Source: Eledone cirrhosa (taxonomy: Eukaryota). Taken from it: DNA of 64,000 bases. Made by a program: the position numbers and the translations under genes. The stretch is taken from positions 11,346,001 through 11,410,000 of the forward strand of contig OZ024745.1 of assembly GCA_964016885.1 (NCBI GenBank), read 5' to 3'. The notes beneath the pieces are model-generated. The model was given only the letters and a program-made list of their open reading frames with translations, did not search any database and had not been told where the DNA came from. Shown here one piece after another: positions 12,101-26,898 of this stretch. Numbering within the stretch: position 1 is the first letter of the stretch; each line of letters starts with the position of its first letter.

Positions 12101-14575
12101 TCTAGTGATGGCGTCACCTTCTTGTCTATTGATGGAGTCACCTTGAGGTCTAGTGATGGGCTTAGCTTGTGGTCTAGTGATAGGGTCACCCTGAGGTCTA
12201 GTGATGGGATCACCTTGATGTCTAATGATGGGGTCACCTTGAGGCCTAGTGATGGGATCACCTTGAGGTCTAGCGATGGAACCACCTTGAGATCTAGTGA
12301 TGGGGTCACCTTGAGGTCTAGTGATGGGGTCACATTGAGGTCTTGTGATGCGTTCACCTTGAGGTCCAGTGATGGAGTCACATTGAGGGCTAGTGATGGA
12401 CTTGACGTCTAGTGATGGGGTCCCCTTGCAGTTTAGTGGTGGGGTGACCTTGAGGCCTATAGATGGGGTCACCTCGAGGTCTAGTGATGGGATCACATTG
12501 AGGTCTAGTGATGGACTTGATGTCTAGTGATGGGGTCACCTTGAGGTCGAGTGATGGAACCACCTTGAGGCCTACTGATGGGGTCACATTGAGGTCTAGT
12601 GATGGGGTCACCTTGAGGTTTATTGATGGAGTCACATTGAGGTTTAGTGATGGGGCCACATTGAGGTCTAATGATGGGGTCACCTTGAGGTCTATTGATG
12701 AGGTCACCTTGAGGTCTAGTGATGGGGTTACCTTGGCGTATATTGATTGGGTCACCTTGAGGTCTAGTGATGGAACCACCTTGAGGTCTAGTGATGGACT
12801 TGATGTGTAGTGATAGGGTCACATTGAGGTCTAGTGATGGGTCACATTGAGGTCTAGTGATGGAGTCACCTTGAGGTCTAATGATGGGGTTATATTGAGG
12901 CCTATTCATGGTGTGACCTTGAGGTCTAGTGATGGGGTCACCTTAAGGTCTAGTGATGGGGTCACCTTAAGGTCTACTGATGGGGTCACATTGACGTCTA
13001 GTGATGGAGTCACGTTGAGGCCTGCTGTTGGGGTCACCTTGAGATCTAGTGATGGGGTCAGCTTGAGGTCTAGTGATGGGGGTCACCTTGAAGTCTAGTG
13101 ATGGGGTCACCTTTAGGTCGAGTGATGGAGTCACTTTGAGATCTAATGATGGGGTCACCTTGAGGTCTAATGATGGGGTCATATTGAGGTCTTGTGATGC
13201 GTTCACCTTGTGGTCTAGTGATGGGGTCACATTGAGATCTAGTGATGGACTTGAGGTTCAGTGATGGGGTCACCTTGAGGTTTAGTGGTGGGGTCACCTT
13301 GAGGCCTATAGATGGGGTCACCTTGAGATCTAGTGATCGGGTCACCATGAAGTCTAGTGATGGAACCACCTTGAGGCCTACTGATGGAGTCACATTGAGG
13401 TCTAGTGATGGGGTTACCTTGAGATTCAGTGGTGGGGTCACTTGAGTTCTAGTGATTGTGTGACCTTGAGGTCTAGTGATGGGGTCACACTGACGTCTAG
13501 TGATGGACTTGAGGTCTAGTGATGGGTTCACCTTGAGGTCTAGTGATGGGGTCACATTGAGGTCTAGTGATGGGGGTCACTTTGACGTTTAGTGGTGGGG
13601 TCACCTTGAGGTCTAGCGATGGAGTCACCTTGAGTTTTATTGATGGGTTCACATTGAGGTTAAGTGATGGGGCCACATTGAGGTCTAGTGATGGACTTGA
13701 GGTGTAGTGATATGGTCACATTGAGTTCTAGTGATGGGGTCACATTGAGTTCTAGTGATGGAGTCACGTTGAGGTTTAGTGGTGGGTGTCACTTTGAGGT
13801 CTAGTGATGGAGTCACCTTTTGATCTATTGATGGAGTCACCTTGAGGTCTAGTGATGGTTTCACATTGAGGTCTAGTGATGAACTTGAGGTCTAGTGATG
13901 GGGTCACCTTGAAGTCTAGTGATGGAACCACCTTGAGGCCTTCTGATGAGGTCACATTGAGGTCTAGTGATGGGGTCACTTTGACGTTTAGTGGTGGGGT
14001 CACCTTGAGGTCTAGCGATGGGGTCACCTTGAGGTTTATTGATGGGGTCACATTGAGGTTTAGTGATGGGGCCACATTGAGGTCTAGTCATGGGGTCACC
14101 TTGAGGTCTAGTGATGGGGTTACCTTGACGTATATTGATTGGGTCACCTTGAAGTCTAATGATGGAACCACCTTGAGATCTAGTGCTGGACTTGAGGTGT
14201 AGTGATAGGGTCACATTGAGGTCTAGTGATGGAGTCACGTTGAGGCCTGCTGATGGGGTCACCTTGAGATCTAGTGATGGGGTCACCGTGATGTCTAGTG
14301 ATGGGATCACCTTGAAGTCTAGTGATGGGGTCACCTTCAGGTCTAGTGATGCAGCCACCTCGAGGTCTAGTGATGGAGTCACCTTGAGGTCTAGTGATGG
14401 GGTCACCTTGAGGTCTAGTGATGGGGTCACCTCGAGGTCTAGTGGTGGAGTCACTTTGAATTCTAGTGATGTGGTCACCTTGAGGTCTAGTGATGGGGTC
14501 ACCTTGACGTCTAGTGAGGGTGTCACATTGAGACCTACTGATGGGGCTTCATTGAGGTCGATGGGGCCATCTTAA
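9105..14575. repeat. 5.5-kb minisatellite, 24-bp unit (GTCACCTTGAGGTCTAGTGATGGG) with 19-bp deletion variants
   Basis: Directly visible; gives short SSDGVTLR/TPSLDLKV ORFs with constant frameshifts. Confidence 0.95.
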
Positions 14576-15023
14576 GTGATGGTCGGACACACATCACTGC
14601 CTTCACACTCTCAGAGCTTTGTACTAACGCGCGTGTACACACACACATACACCCACACTCCCCTTCTCTCTCTGAAGAAAATGAATGCAAACCGAAAGGA
14701 GAGTAAAACCATATTTTTACCTAATAATTAGCAAAGTCTGGGATAAATGCAAAAGTACAGTTTGTTTTGTATTTTCGAAGTAATTCTATGTTTTTGTTTT
14801 TTGCCATATTCCTTGGTGTTTAGAAAGTAATTCTTTTCTAATTTACTTTTGAAACTTCACAAATAATTTAAATGTAAAGTAGCAATAAGAAAAAAAAATG
14901 AGAAAATATTTAGTAAAGTATTGAAATGTTTCTGTTTTGAAAGGAAAACAAACAATTAGAAATACTGATTTCTTTCTTTATTTATTTCAAAATCTTCATT
15001 GCCTGAAGGTAAATTCAAATATC

Positions 15024-15104
<81 letters not shown>

Positions 15105-15323
15105 GGAGACATGAAGTTTAAGAATAGAGATAAGACAATAGACGGCAAGATGGAGGGGAATAAGATGAGAAGAAACAGCAAATGCAAGAAATTACAATAC
15201 CATATTTCAAACTTTGGTCAACCACAGAGAATGGCATCACAAAAGAATCACTTAAAGCATTGAGTCTTTTGTTTATGGTATTAATATTTATGATGAAATA
15301 ATATGTATGAGTGCATAACAGTG

Positions 15324-15407
<84 letters not shown>

Positions 15408-15448
15408 GTGTATGTGTGTGCGTGTGTGAGTGTATGTGTGTGTGTATA

Positions 15449-15490
<42 letters not shown>

Positions 15491-15877
15491 TGTATGTGTG
15501 TGTGTATGTGTATGTGTATGTATATATGTGTATATATATATATAAATGCCTGTGTATATATATGTGTGTATGTATATATATATATATGTGTGTGTGTGCA
15601 TATATGTGTGTGTGTGTATGTATTATATATATGTATGTTTATATATATATGCACCACACACGCATACATATATATATGTGCATGCATATATATATCCGTC
15701 ACTCAAAATTGAGTATGACTTGGTAGTATGTTCCATGCTTTCACTAAGGGTTTTAGTTATTCATGTAGTTTTGAGCAGACACAAACACCCTGTTGACTGT
15801 CACTCCCCAGATCTGTTGAAACATCCAGGATGTGACAGCTAGAAGAAGACAGGGCTGCACCAGACCAACACTGGGCC

Positions 15878-15942
15878 GGTACTTTCTTTATCGACCTTAA
15901 AAGGATGAAAGTCAAAGTGGACTTCGACGAGAACTCAGAATT
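15878..15942 (-). mobile_element. Degenerate SINE fragment
   Basis: GGTACTTTCTTTATCGACCTTAAAAGGATGAAAGTCAAAG is the reverse complement of the SINE core. Confidence 0.65.
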
Positions 15943-16149
15943 TAGAGACCAAGAACATATTTAACGTTCTAACGACTCTGCCTTACACACACACATATAT
16001 AACGTATAAAAACGCATATTCACACACATATACATATACACATACATAAACACACACACACACACATACATATACACGTATAAAAACGCGCATTTACACA
16101 CATATATATACACATACATAAACACACACACACACATATATATATATGT

Positions 16150-16208
<59 letters not shown>

Positions 16209-16439
16209 CATACACCCAGACATTTTAATTTTTTGTCGGCGAAACCATTTAGATTACAATTCCATACATTTTACGGCTGACTGTTGGAAAAAATTTGTCT
16301 TATCGAGTTGGGCTTTGTTTTGTCCAATATATGAAATATAATGTTGAAGAGATTCTCGTCTGCAAATTATAATTCATCTCCGCAGGCTACAGATATAGTA
16401 GAATATTATATGTAATTAGGTACGTAGGTAGGTATGTAT

Positions 16440-16457
16440 GTATAATTATATATATGC

Positions 16458-16493
<36 letters not shown>

Positions 16494-16528
16494 GTATATA
16501 TACACATGTATATATATATATATATACA

Positions 16529-16566
<38 letters not shown>

Positions 16567-16573
16567 CATGTGC

Positions 16574-16628
<55 letters not shown>

Positions 16629-16637
16629 TGTGCCTAT

Positions 16638-16678
<41 letters not shown>

Positions 16679-16713
16679 CATGTGCATATATATATACACA
16701 CACATGTGCCTAT

Positions 16714-16744
<31 letters not shown>

Positions 16745-16810
16745 CATGTGCATATACATGTGCATATATACATACACACCACACACACATATATATATAT
16801 ATATATACAC

Positions 16811-16846
<36 letters not shown>

Positions 16847-16943
16847 GTGCATATATATATATATATATATATACATGTGCATATAATATATATATATATA
16901 TATATATACATGTGCATATATATATACACACACATGTGCCTAT

Positions 16944-16985
<42 letters not shown>

Positions 16986-17017
16986 GTGCATATACATGTG
17001 CATATATACATACACAC

Positions 17018-17054
<37 letters not shown>

Positions 17055-17060
17055 TCATAA
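16440..17060. repeat. Compound (TA)n/(CA)n/CATGTG microsatellite
   Basis: Directly visible. Confidence 0.9.
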
Positions 17061-17544
17061 TATATATAATGCAATCAATTGTTGAAAGTTTTGTTTGTCT
17101 AAAAATTGCTGTCGCTTGAAATGATTTTCCTCTATGATTAAGACAGAGTATTAATTTCTGCATTGTTTTATAGTTTTTTCGTTCTGTTGCTTATAAAGTG
17201 ATCATAGAAGACACACAGACAGACAATTGGTAGACGACCATATAATACGAAATTATATCAAATAAAAACAAACACAGAAAAATGAAATTTTAATTTTATT
17301 TTTAAAACATAAACAAATAAAGAGAAAATGTGTGAAAGTTTAAAACAAATGTTGCCATGATTGAAATTCTAAAGAAAAACGTAAAAGAAAGTTTGTTTCT
17401 AGTTTGTTTTAGGTATTCTTGATAAGATTGAGTAAAAATGGAGAAGTTGAAATTAAGCAAAGAATAGACACCACTCTCAGAAAACAACGTTGTTTTCTTT
17501 ATTGTACATCAACATATACAATAAGGCAAAGGCATGTGTGAGTG

Positions 17545-17940
17545 CATAAACACATGCACAAATACACACATGCACAAGTACACACATGCACAAGTACACA
17601 CATGCACAAATACACACATGCACAAGTACACGCATGCACAAATACACATATGCACAAGTACACACATGCACAAATACACGCATGCACAAGTACACACATG
17701 CACAAGTACACACATGCACAAATACACACATGCACAAGTACACAATGCACAAATACACAAATACACAACACACACATGCATAACACACACATGCACAACA
17801 CACACATGCACAAGTACACACATGCACAAATACACAAATACACAACACACACAAATACACACATGCATAACGCCCACATGCACAAATACACACATGCACA
17901 AATACACATGCACATACGTATAGACATGCACACACAAGCA
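17545..17940. repeat. 16-bp minisatellite (CACACATGCACAAGTA)
   Basis: Directly visible. Confidence 0.9.
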
Positions 17941-19004
17941 CGTGCATTTGTCTGTATTCAATTGAAAACGATATTCAAAAGAAATGTTTTAAAACCCTCA
18001 ACGAGTTTTGTATAATACAATGTAAAACACACACATACATGTATACATACATACGATCATGTACACACATACGCAGGTACGTACACGCACATACACACAC
18101 ACATACACACGTACGTACACATACGATCACATACACACGCACGCAATAAACACACAGATACACACACAACACATCAATTTATATATAAATTACATATATA
18201 CTTTATACTTTCCAAAACATTACAAAACATGACCACAACTAATGTTTTTAAATTCCAGTTGATTGTTTTTTTTAAGTTTACAGACTTTATTGTATTTCCA
18301 AAACTGTACTTGAAATTTTTCAAGTTTTTTTCCAACCATTTTCTAGATTTAGTTTAGTTTCACATTGTTCTTTCCTTCTTCTTTCAACGTTTATATGGAG
18401 ACAGTTCCACCTGGAACTGTCTCACGTCACATTCTGACGTCACAACAAAAATACAAATATTTGAAACGAGGCTCTCGCTGATATAAACTTCTAACAGTCA
18501 CGTTTTTCCCTTTTCATGTCTTTCAATCAGGATTGCCTTCAATTCGGCTCTGTTGTTTGTCTAGAGTGGTTTTTGGTTTTCGTTTTCAAGGTGGATTACG
18601 CTGTTATGTATTTTGCTGTTTTAATTTGTGAAGGTCAAATCTTGTACTCCAAAAGAGTACGTAAGGAGAAGAACATGATAGAACACGACAGTTAAACGGA
18701 AAAAAAATATATATATATGTATACAGTGGCGGACTGACTAGGTTACCAGGTTGTCCAATGGCAAGTGATAGCATTGCAAGAGTCCACAGTAGTATTTTAG
18801 GGGCCAATGCTTCGCTTTAAAAAAATACCTGAAATCTAAGAGAAAGAATAAAATAAAAAAAAAATAAAAACAATTAAGCAAAGCATTTGGTCAACCAATT
18901 CCCCAGGGAATTACTAGAAACCAAAATATACGATAGTGCAAAGAGATGGAATCAGTGGTTGTACGTTCTACTAAATCTAAAGACAGTGTATTCATTCACA
19001 CACG

Positions 19005-19127
<123 letters not shown>

Positions 19128-19128
19128 G

Positions 19129-19186
<58 letters not shown>

Positions 19187-19228
19187 TACATACATACATA
19201 CATACATACATACATACATACATACATA

Positions 19229-21890
19229 GAACTCCAAATTACACCAGTTGAAACAACAACTCACAGCTACAACAGAAAGACTAAAATATAAGTCAACAGC
19301 ACATAAACGACAAGTGCTAAATAGATTGTTTGCCAGAGATCCTAAATCAGTTTATCGCAGCTTCGGTGGCAAAAGCTCAATCTCTGTAAATGACACCCCT
19401 TCAAAAGAACAGGTTGAGAGCTACTGGAGATCTGTATGGGAAACGGATGACGGATTCAACAGACAAGCTAATTGGCTAAAAGAACTGGAACAGGACTACT
19501 GCCAACATGTCCAGACAAAACAATATGACATAGATGGGTCAATACTGGAAACAGCTCTACAGAAAATGTCGAATAGGAAATCGCCAGGCCCAGACCTCAT
19601 TACAGGATACTGGTTGAAGAATTTCACTTTCTATCGGCAAGATCTCATACGGCTGTTTACAGAAACCATTAAGGGCACACAAGAACTGCCCAGATGGTTA
19701 TCAACTGCCTCTACTCTCCTCATTCCCAAAAATAGCCAAACCACCCTTGCTAAAAATTACCGCCCAATTGCCTGCCAAAACATCATGTATAAATTATATA
19801 CTGGGTGCCTTAACCTGTTCTTACAGGATCACTGTGCTACCAACAACATCATAACACCTGAGCAAGCTGGTGGAAAGAGGGAGGTGTGGGGTTGCATAGA
19901 TCACCTACTAACTAACAAAATGATTCAGGAAAAAACAACAAAGAATCGCAGAAACATGACTGTCGTGTGGCTGGACTATCAAAAAGCATTTGATAGTGTA
20001 CCTCATGGGTGGATTGTTAAGGCTTTACAGTTAGCTAAAGTCCCACAACCATTGGTAGCTGCTGTTGAACGCCTGACCAAGAACTGGTACACCAGTTTGA
20101 TCCTTAGAGGTGAGAAGGAGCAGGTTAAGACTGATAAGATACATTACCAGTAGGGCATCTTTCAGGGTGATAGCTTGTCAGTGCTACTCTTCGTTCTCTC
20201 ACTGAATCCACTATCTTACCTACTCAGGAAACAAGGTCGACAAAGAAGTGGGACCAGAAGTATCTCCCATCTTTTCTTTGTTGATGACCTGAAGTTGTAT
20301 GGGCCAAATATCAATGACATCAAGAAACAATTGGACCTCATTACACAATTTTCAACCGACATCAAAATGAAATTTGGTGAGTCCAAGTGTGCATATTTGG
20401 CAGTAAAACGTGGAAGAGCTGTGCCCTCCTCTAGAAATCTAGAGATGAACGGCCTGACAATACAACCTCTGCAGTCAGGTGACAACTACAGATATCTTGG
20501 ACAGGATGAGAATGTCAGATATGATGGACCCATAAATAAGGAGAGAACCAGAACTGAATACCTCAGAAGAGTAAAGAAAATATGGTCATCAGAACTGTCA
20601 GCATACAACAAATACATTGCCCACAATACTTATGCTGTGCCAATTCTAACGCCAACATTTGGCCTACTGAACTGGTCATTGCAAGAACTAAGTGAGATGG
20701 ATGTTAGAACTCGAAAACTTCTCAGTGTTACTGGGAACTTTAACATCAATGGTGATGTGGATAGGCTATACTTCTCACGCAAGGAAGGTGGCCGGGGTCT
20801 AAAATCAATATTAACAACATATCAGACCCGGATAGTGACACTGAAGCAACACCTTCAACAGAGGAAAAAGGTTGGCAACCATCTTGCCCAGGTTTATGAC
20901 CATGAAAAAAGAAATATCATTAGAATAGCGACTGATCTGGAGGAGAGATATGGAATAAAGCCCGATATAAATCTCTCACCCAGAGAAATCGGAAGATCCT
21001 ATTCAATGTTCAAACAAGAAAAAAAAATTGACCAATTTACAGAAAAAGTTGTGCATGGATACTTGAGGCGTAAAACACAGACCATAGAGGGGATAAACCA
21101 CTCAAAAAGCCTGGCATGGAGTTCCGACAAGTTTATGACATCACACCTTGAGGGATATCTCTATGCAATACAGGAACAAGAACTCCCTACCAAATATCTG
21201 CTGCACAAAAGAGGAGGGCCAGCAGCTGACAATAAATGTAGGCTATGTAAAACAAAGATCGAGGATGTAAGCCACATTGTTGCCAGCTGCGAAAGAATGT
21301 CATCTCGCTACTACCTCCCCATGAGACACGATGGGATAGCTAGAACCATCTGGAACGCACTTCGGAAAACAAAATCAACAACAAACGAGGAAGAATATAT
21401 TGAGACAGATGGCACTAAGGAATACTGGTGGAACCTGAAAATAAAAACTGCCACCAAATTAAAGCACAACCGGCCTGATATTGTAGTTTGGGACCACACA
21501 TTGAAAACGTGTTCTGTTGTGGAGATCAGCTGCCCACTTGATGTAAACGTTGTCAGAAAAATACAGGAGAAGGAGGACATCTACGGACCATTGATGAGGA
21601 GTTTACAAATCCAGTATCCAAGATACACCTTTAGCTTCATACCCATCATTATTGGTGCTACGGGTTATATACCAACCCGCTTGGACCAAAGTATGACTGA
21701 ACTTGGATTTGCGGACAAAAAGCGCAGCTCCCTAATTCATAGTCTACAAATGGCTGCGATAGCTGGCACCTTCAAAATTTGCAAAACATTCTTGCGATTC
21801 AAGGGATGACAATTTCTTTTCTTTTACAACCTTGCCACCAGGAAGGTGGCCGGTCAAAAAATATACTCAAAATTAAGAGAAAGAGAAAAC
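19229..21890 (+). mobile_element. 5'-truncated R4/Dong-like non-LTR retrotransposon (RT + CCHC + restriction-like endonuclease)
   Basis: ORFs 19248-20153 and 20175-21809 are one frame broken by a single TAG; motifs KSPGPD, NYRPIAC, LDYQKAFD, GIFQGDSLS, FVDDLK, CRLC..HIVASC, RHD, RPDIVVWD..VEISCP; flanked by (TACA)n and (TA)n. Confidence 0.92.
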
Positions 21891-21907
21891 ATATATATAT
21901 ATATATA

Positions 21908-24897
21908 TGCAAAAGTTTTATTTAAATTGTTGGGATATAACAAGCAAATATTTTTATAACTAATATAAAGCACTCGACAAATATTTGGACTAGATATACG
22001 ATATTAATAAATGGAAACTATATTTATCAAACCATATTTATTTCATTATATATATTTCAAGGATACCAAGTTACATTATGGTATGCCTTCATCAGACAAA
22101 ATACAATATATAACAGTTTTATAAATAGACATTGACGTACCCCTTTTAAAAATTGACCGTTGTTTTTGGAGGCCATCAGGATAGTGATTTGTTTACTTTA
22201 GTAAGTCATAGTGTTAAGAGTAAGTAAAAAGATGGAGAGAGAGAGAGAAACGTGGAGAAAAGAAAGGGAAAGATAGATAAAGAAAAAGAAGAAAACAAAA
22301 AGAAAAGAGAACAGAGGAAAAATAACGGGGAGATATCAAACCATCAGACAGAGAAAAAAAATCCAGAGAAAGATATATAGAGATAGAGAGAGGGGGGAGA
22401 GAACGAAAGCCTTAAGTTATGTCATATTAAGTTGAGTTAACAATTGGGATGAAAAGCATAAATAAAATTAGAAATAGTAATATTCATGAATGGAATATAG
22501 ATATATAATATGAGAAATTACACATTGTTTAATTATAATTAAATATTTAGTTTAAAATTGAAATCAATATATTAAAAATTGGAATTTAAACATTATAAAA
22601 TATATATATTGCTAGAGAGATTATCTATCGCATATTACATACACATAGGCAAAGGTACATAAATATATATATATACACGCTCACTCAGAAAATACACATT
22701 ATATCTACTCCCGCACATAATATATATATACAAAGCATAAGTGATTTTTTGCCATACATTCCCTGTGTTATTAATTAAAAATTGAAAGTTTTTAGTATAT
22801 ATATATAAATATATAGGATTAACGTTCATGCATTTATGGCTGTTAAGTTATGCATATCTGCAATCAAAAACTGCATGTGTAAGCCTGTACATTCACATCC
22901 ATAATTCTTAGCTATGCATGAATAGATATGTGTGTACATCTTCAATTGGTATACACGCGTCACTCATGCATATATACAGACAGACATATAATCACAAAAA
23001 AAGCATATAACACATGTATATGTATGTCAACACACACATATAGATACATTAGCCGTATATAGATATAATCAACATATAACATAGTACAATTGAGTATATA
23101 AAATACAAAAGGATTATATTTTGGAAATATAATTATATCAATATAACTTAAAAAACAAACGAATTCTACAAATATCAAAATACTAAAATATCCCAAACTA
23201 TTATAGAATATTTTAAGTTAAAATAATATGTTTAATATATTTAGTATAGAAATTAATCTTACGTATATTTTAATCAAGATATTGAAAGGACAAACTTTTG
23301 AAAATTATGAGAAGCTATCAAAATAAAAAATAAATCTAATAAAAATTATGAGAAGCTATCAGAATAAAAACAAATCTAATAAAAATAAAAAATAAAATGA
23401 ATCTAATAAAAAAAATAAAATGAATCTAATAAAAAATAAAAAATAAATAAAATGAATCTAATAAAAAATAAATCTAATAAAAAATAAAATATTATATCAA
23501 TATAACTTAAAAAACAAGGATTCTACAGATATCAAAATATTAAATTGTTTAAAAATAAAAATAAAAAATAAAGAAATTTAAAAAAATTAAAAAAATTTTT
23601 TTTTAAATTTCAAAAATTTTTTTAAAATCTTTAAAATTTCAAAAATGTTTAAAAATTTTAAAAAATTTTAAAAACTCTTAAAATATTATAGAATATTTTA
23701 AGCTAAAATAATATGTTTAGTATAGAAATTTATCTTACGTATATTTTATTCAAGATATTGAAAGGATAAACTTTTCTAGAATAGTTTATTATATTTATAA
23801 TTATATTTATGAAGAAAATTTATACTTGGGTACTTAACCAAAGAAAATGAAAAAGGTGAAGGAATCTAATGATTTATCGCCAGGTTAGATATATTAACTA
23901 AATTACTTAATTAATTAAACTACATTTTAAATTTATATTTATATTTAAACGTTGAGTTCAATCTATGTCTGCGGCAACTGAATAAATTATTCCTTAAATT
24001 AAGGGAATTTTTGGTCTTTAATATAAAAAATATTTCCTCTATACAAAGGTCACAATTTTCTGAAGAGGAATTAAAAGGAGTAGCTTGTGAAATAATATTC
24101 CAAATCAGCGAATATTCAACATTATCTCGTTTTAGGTCCCATAATAGGCTAGATAGCGAAGTTGAAGATTTTTTGTTTGGATCTGTAAAAGAATTTTTAT
24201 GATTATTGAAGCGGGATTTAAATTCTGTAGAGGTAGAACCGACATAGTTAAATGAATTTAAATTAGTTTTAACATTACAATTATAAACTACATTTTTAGC
24301 TAAGCAGTTGTTATTTAATGGACAGTTGGATTTATTTCTACAGTTACAGTTATTCGATTGAATATTGCTTGGGTTATTATTGGTATTTGGTTAGGTTTTA
24401 AATTTCTATTATTAATTCTATTAATATTTTGCGCTAAATTTTTGGTGGAAGAGTAGGTTAATTTTATAGTATGTCTATTAAAAATTGAGTAATATTTATG
24501 TGTTCTAGGGAATCGTTTGTCAAGAGCTTTAAAGAATAGTTTAGCAATAGGGGTTTTAATATTTAGTGAGAAAGGGGGAGCGAACCATAATATATTCCTA
24601 GTTCTATTTCTTTTTCGGCTTTCGGAGTTATAGTAATATTTTCTATTATGGTTGTTGAAATTGTTACCATAATTAAACTTGTTATTATTTTGGTTATTTT
24701 GTATATTATTATTATTATCGATGTATTTAATTTTATTTCTATACCCAGCTCTACCTAACGCTTCATTGTAATAATGCGCTTTTTCATCAAATATATTCTT
24801 ATTAGATGAAATTCTTGAAATTCGTTTTTGAACAGAGTATTTTTAACGGATCTGGGGTGATTAGAGTTAAAATTGACATAATTTAAGTTCTCATTTA
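21908..24897 (-). mobile_element. 5'-truncated Penelope-like element (RT thumb, linker, GIY-YIG remnant at 23920-24897, long 3' region with HHR)
   Basis: Minus strand reads LNENLNYVNFNSNHPRSVKNT, WFAPPFS, CNCRNKSNCPLNNNC, VVY..YVGSTSTEFK, CDLC, CRHR; homologous to 62211-63808; ends in (TA)n. Confidence 0.88.
22041..22101 (-). ncRNA. Type-I hammerhead in PLE 3' end (pseudo-LTR)
   Basis: TTTTGT-CTGATGA-AGGCATACCA..TGGTATCCTT-GAAA-TATATA-TA-ATGAAA. Confidence 0.8.
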
Positions 24898-25064
24898 GAA
24901 AATAAAAGAAAATAGTAAAAAATAATAGAAAATAGAAAATAATAGAAAATAATAGAAAATAGAGAGAGCGAAGGGAGGGGGAGAAATGAGGTGCAACAGA
25001 AATGAAACATGGATTACAGGTTAGAATATATATGTGGAACAAAACGAGGATATAGTTTATGGAA

Positions 25065-25540
25065 CACCCAAATGATGTAGAAGTTGACCTTAAGTAGGAG
25101 CAATAACATTAAGAAAGACATGAACGACACCAGAACACTCTGCTTTGAAAATTTTGAAAGTAGGTTTATAAGTATGAATTTTCATAAGATTTTCGTAGTT
25201 GTCTCTGTGGTCTAGCGGTAGGTACTAGAGACGGTAGAGATCCTGACCTTGGGTTCAATCCTGGTCAAGAGATACATGTACTTTATCAGTTTTTATTTTA
25301 CAACCAATAGAACAAATCTGAAACGGTTTACCGGGAACCCTACTACTGACCAGGATCGAACTTCAGATCAGGATCACCACCGTCTACGATTCCTCCAACT
25401 AGGCCACCGAGACTGCTACAGAAGTATAATGAAAATTGATAATTATAAACCTACTTTCAAAATCAAAGTTAAAAAGATGTGGAGTCGTTCATGGCTTTCC
25501 TAGAGCTATTAGTAATATTTAGGGTCGACTTCTGGTCATT
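25065..25540. repeat. Diverged inverted repeat (~200-bp arms), each arm ending in a tRNA-like sequence
   Basis: 25201-25270 GTCTCTGTGGTCTAGCGG...GGTTCAATCCTGGTC versus its reverse complement at ~25348-25413; shared TTTTGAAAGTAGGTTTATAA. Confidence 0.75.
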
Positions 25541-25754
25541 ATTGAAAGTCTCTGGATTTTGCAAAATACATAATATTTTTTATTGGAGAAGGTAAGATAT
25601 TTTTTCCAAAAAATTTGATTGCACTGTTTTGTTTCTACATATGTATCTTTCGAAAATGTTATTTATTCATTATAAAAATTAAATGATAGCATTCTATATG
25701 TAGGTGGGCCCTCTTCATCTCCTGGCAACCAATATTTTTAGACCCAGTCCGCCA

Positions 25755-26456
<702 letters not shown>

Positions 26457-26659
26457 TTCTGAATTTGTTTAGCAAGATTCTTTATTTGAAAACGTGTGTT
26501 GAAACCGATATTGTTATGCTTTGGGAGGGTCATGTTGCCAATAAGAAACACACGCACCAGTTCCTTTCACTTCAATTTATTATAAATTAAATTTATAAAT
26601 TTAAGAATTTATAAATTTCCGGTTGGTTGGTTCGACAACCAGACGATTGTTCATATATT

Positions 26660-26702
26660 GTCAAAGTTCTTTCGTCACACATTCTGTGACCTCTTCAGTG
26701 AC
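26660..26702 (-). ncRNA. Minimal type-I hammerhead (left arm of palindrome)
   Basis: Reverse complement of 26856-26898. Confidence 0.6.
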
Positions 26703-26855
26703 TGGGGATTCTTTTCTTTGTTTTTGTGCCTCTCCATTGTTCTGTTCTACGCCATCTTGTTTTTTCAAAAAACAAGATGGCGTAGGACAGAACAAAGGAT
26801 AAGCACAAAGGAGAGGCACAAAGTTGAGGCACAAAAACAAAGAAATGAATCCCCA

Positions 26856-26898
26856 GTCACTGAAGAGGTCACAGAATGTGTGACGAAAGAACTTTGAC
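26856..26898 (+). ncRNA. Minimal type-I hammerhead (right arm of palindrome)
   Basis: GTCA-CTGAAGA-g-GTCACA gaatg TGTGAC-GAAA-GAAC-TT-TGAC. Confidence 0.6.

Noticed and set aside
9058-14575. Repeat-protein ORFs (SSDGVTLR / TPSLDLKV / ITRPQGDP)
   Set aside because: Frequent 19-, 23- and 25-bp units break every frame
16215-16390. Minus-strand exon candidate
   Set aside because: All frames hit stops before the putative donor, and no recognisable peptide
25201-25275. Functional tRNA gene
   Set aside because: Acceptor and anticodon stems do not pair cleanly; only A/B-box resemblance
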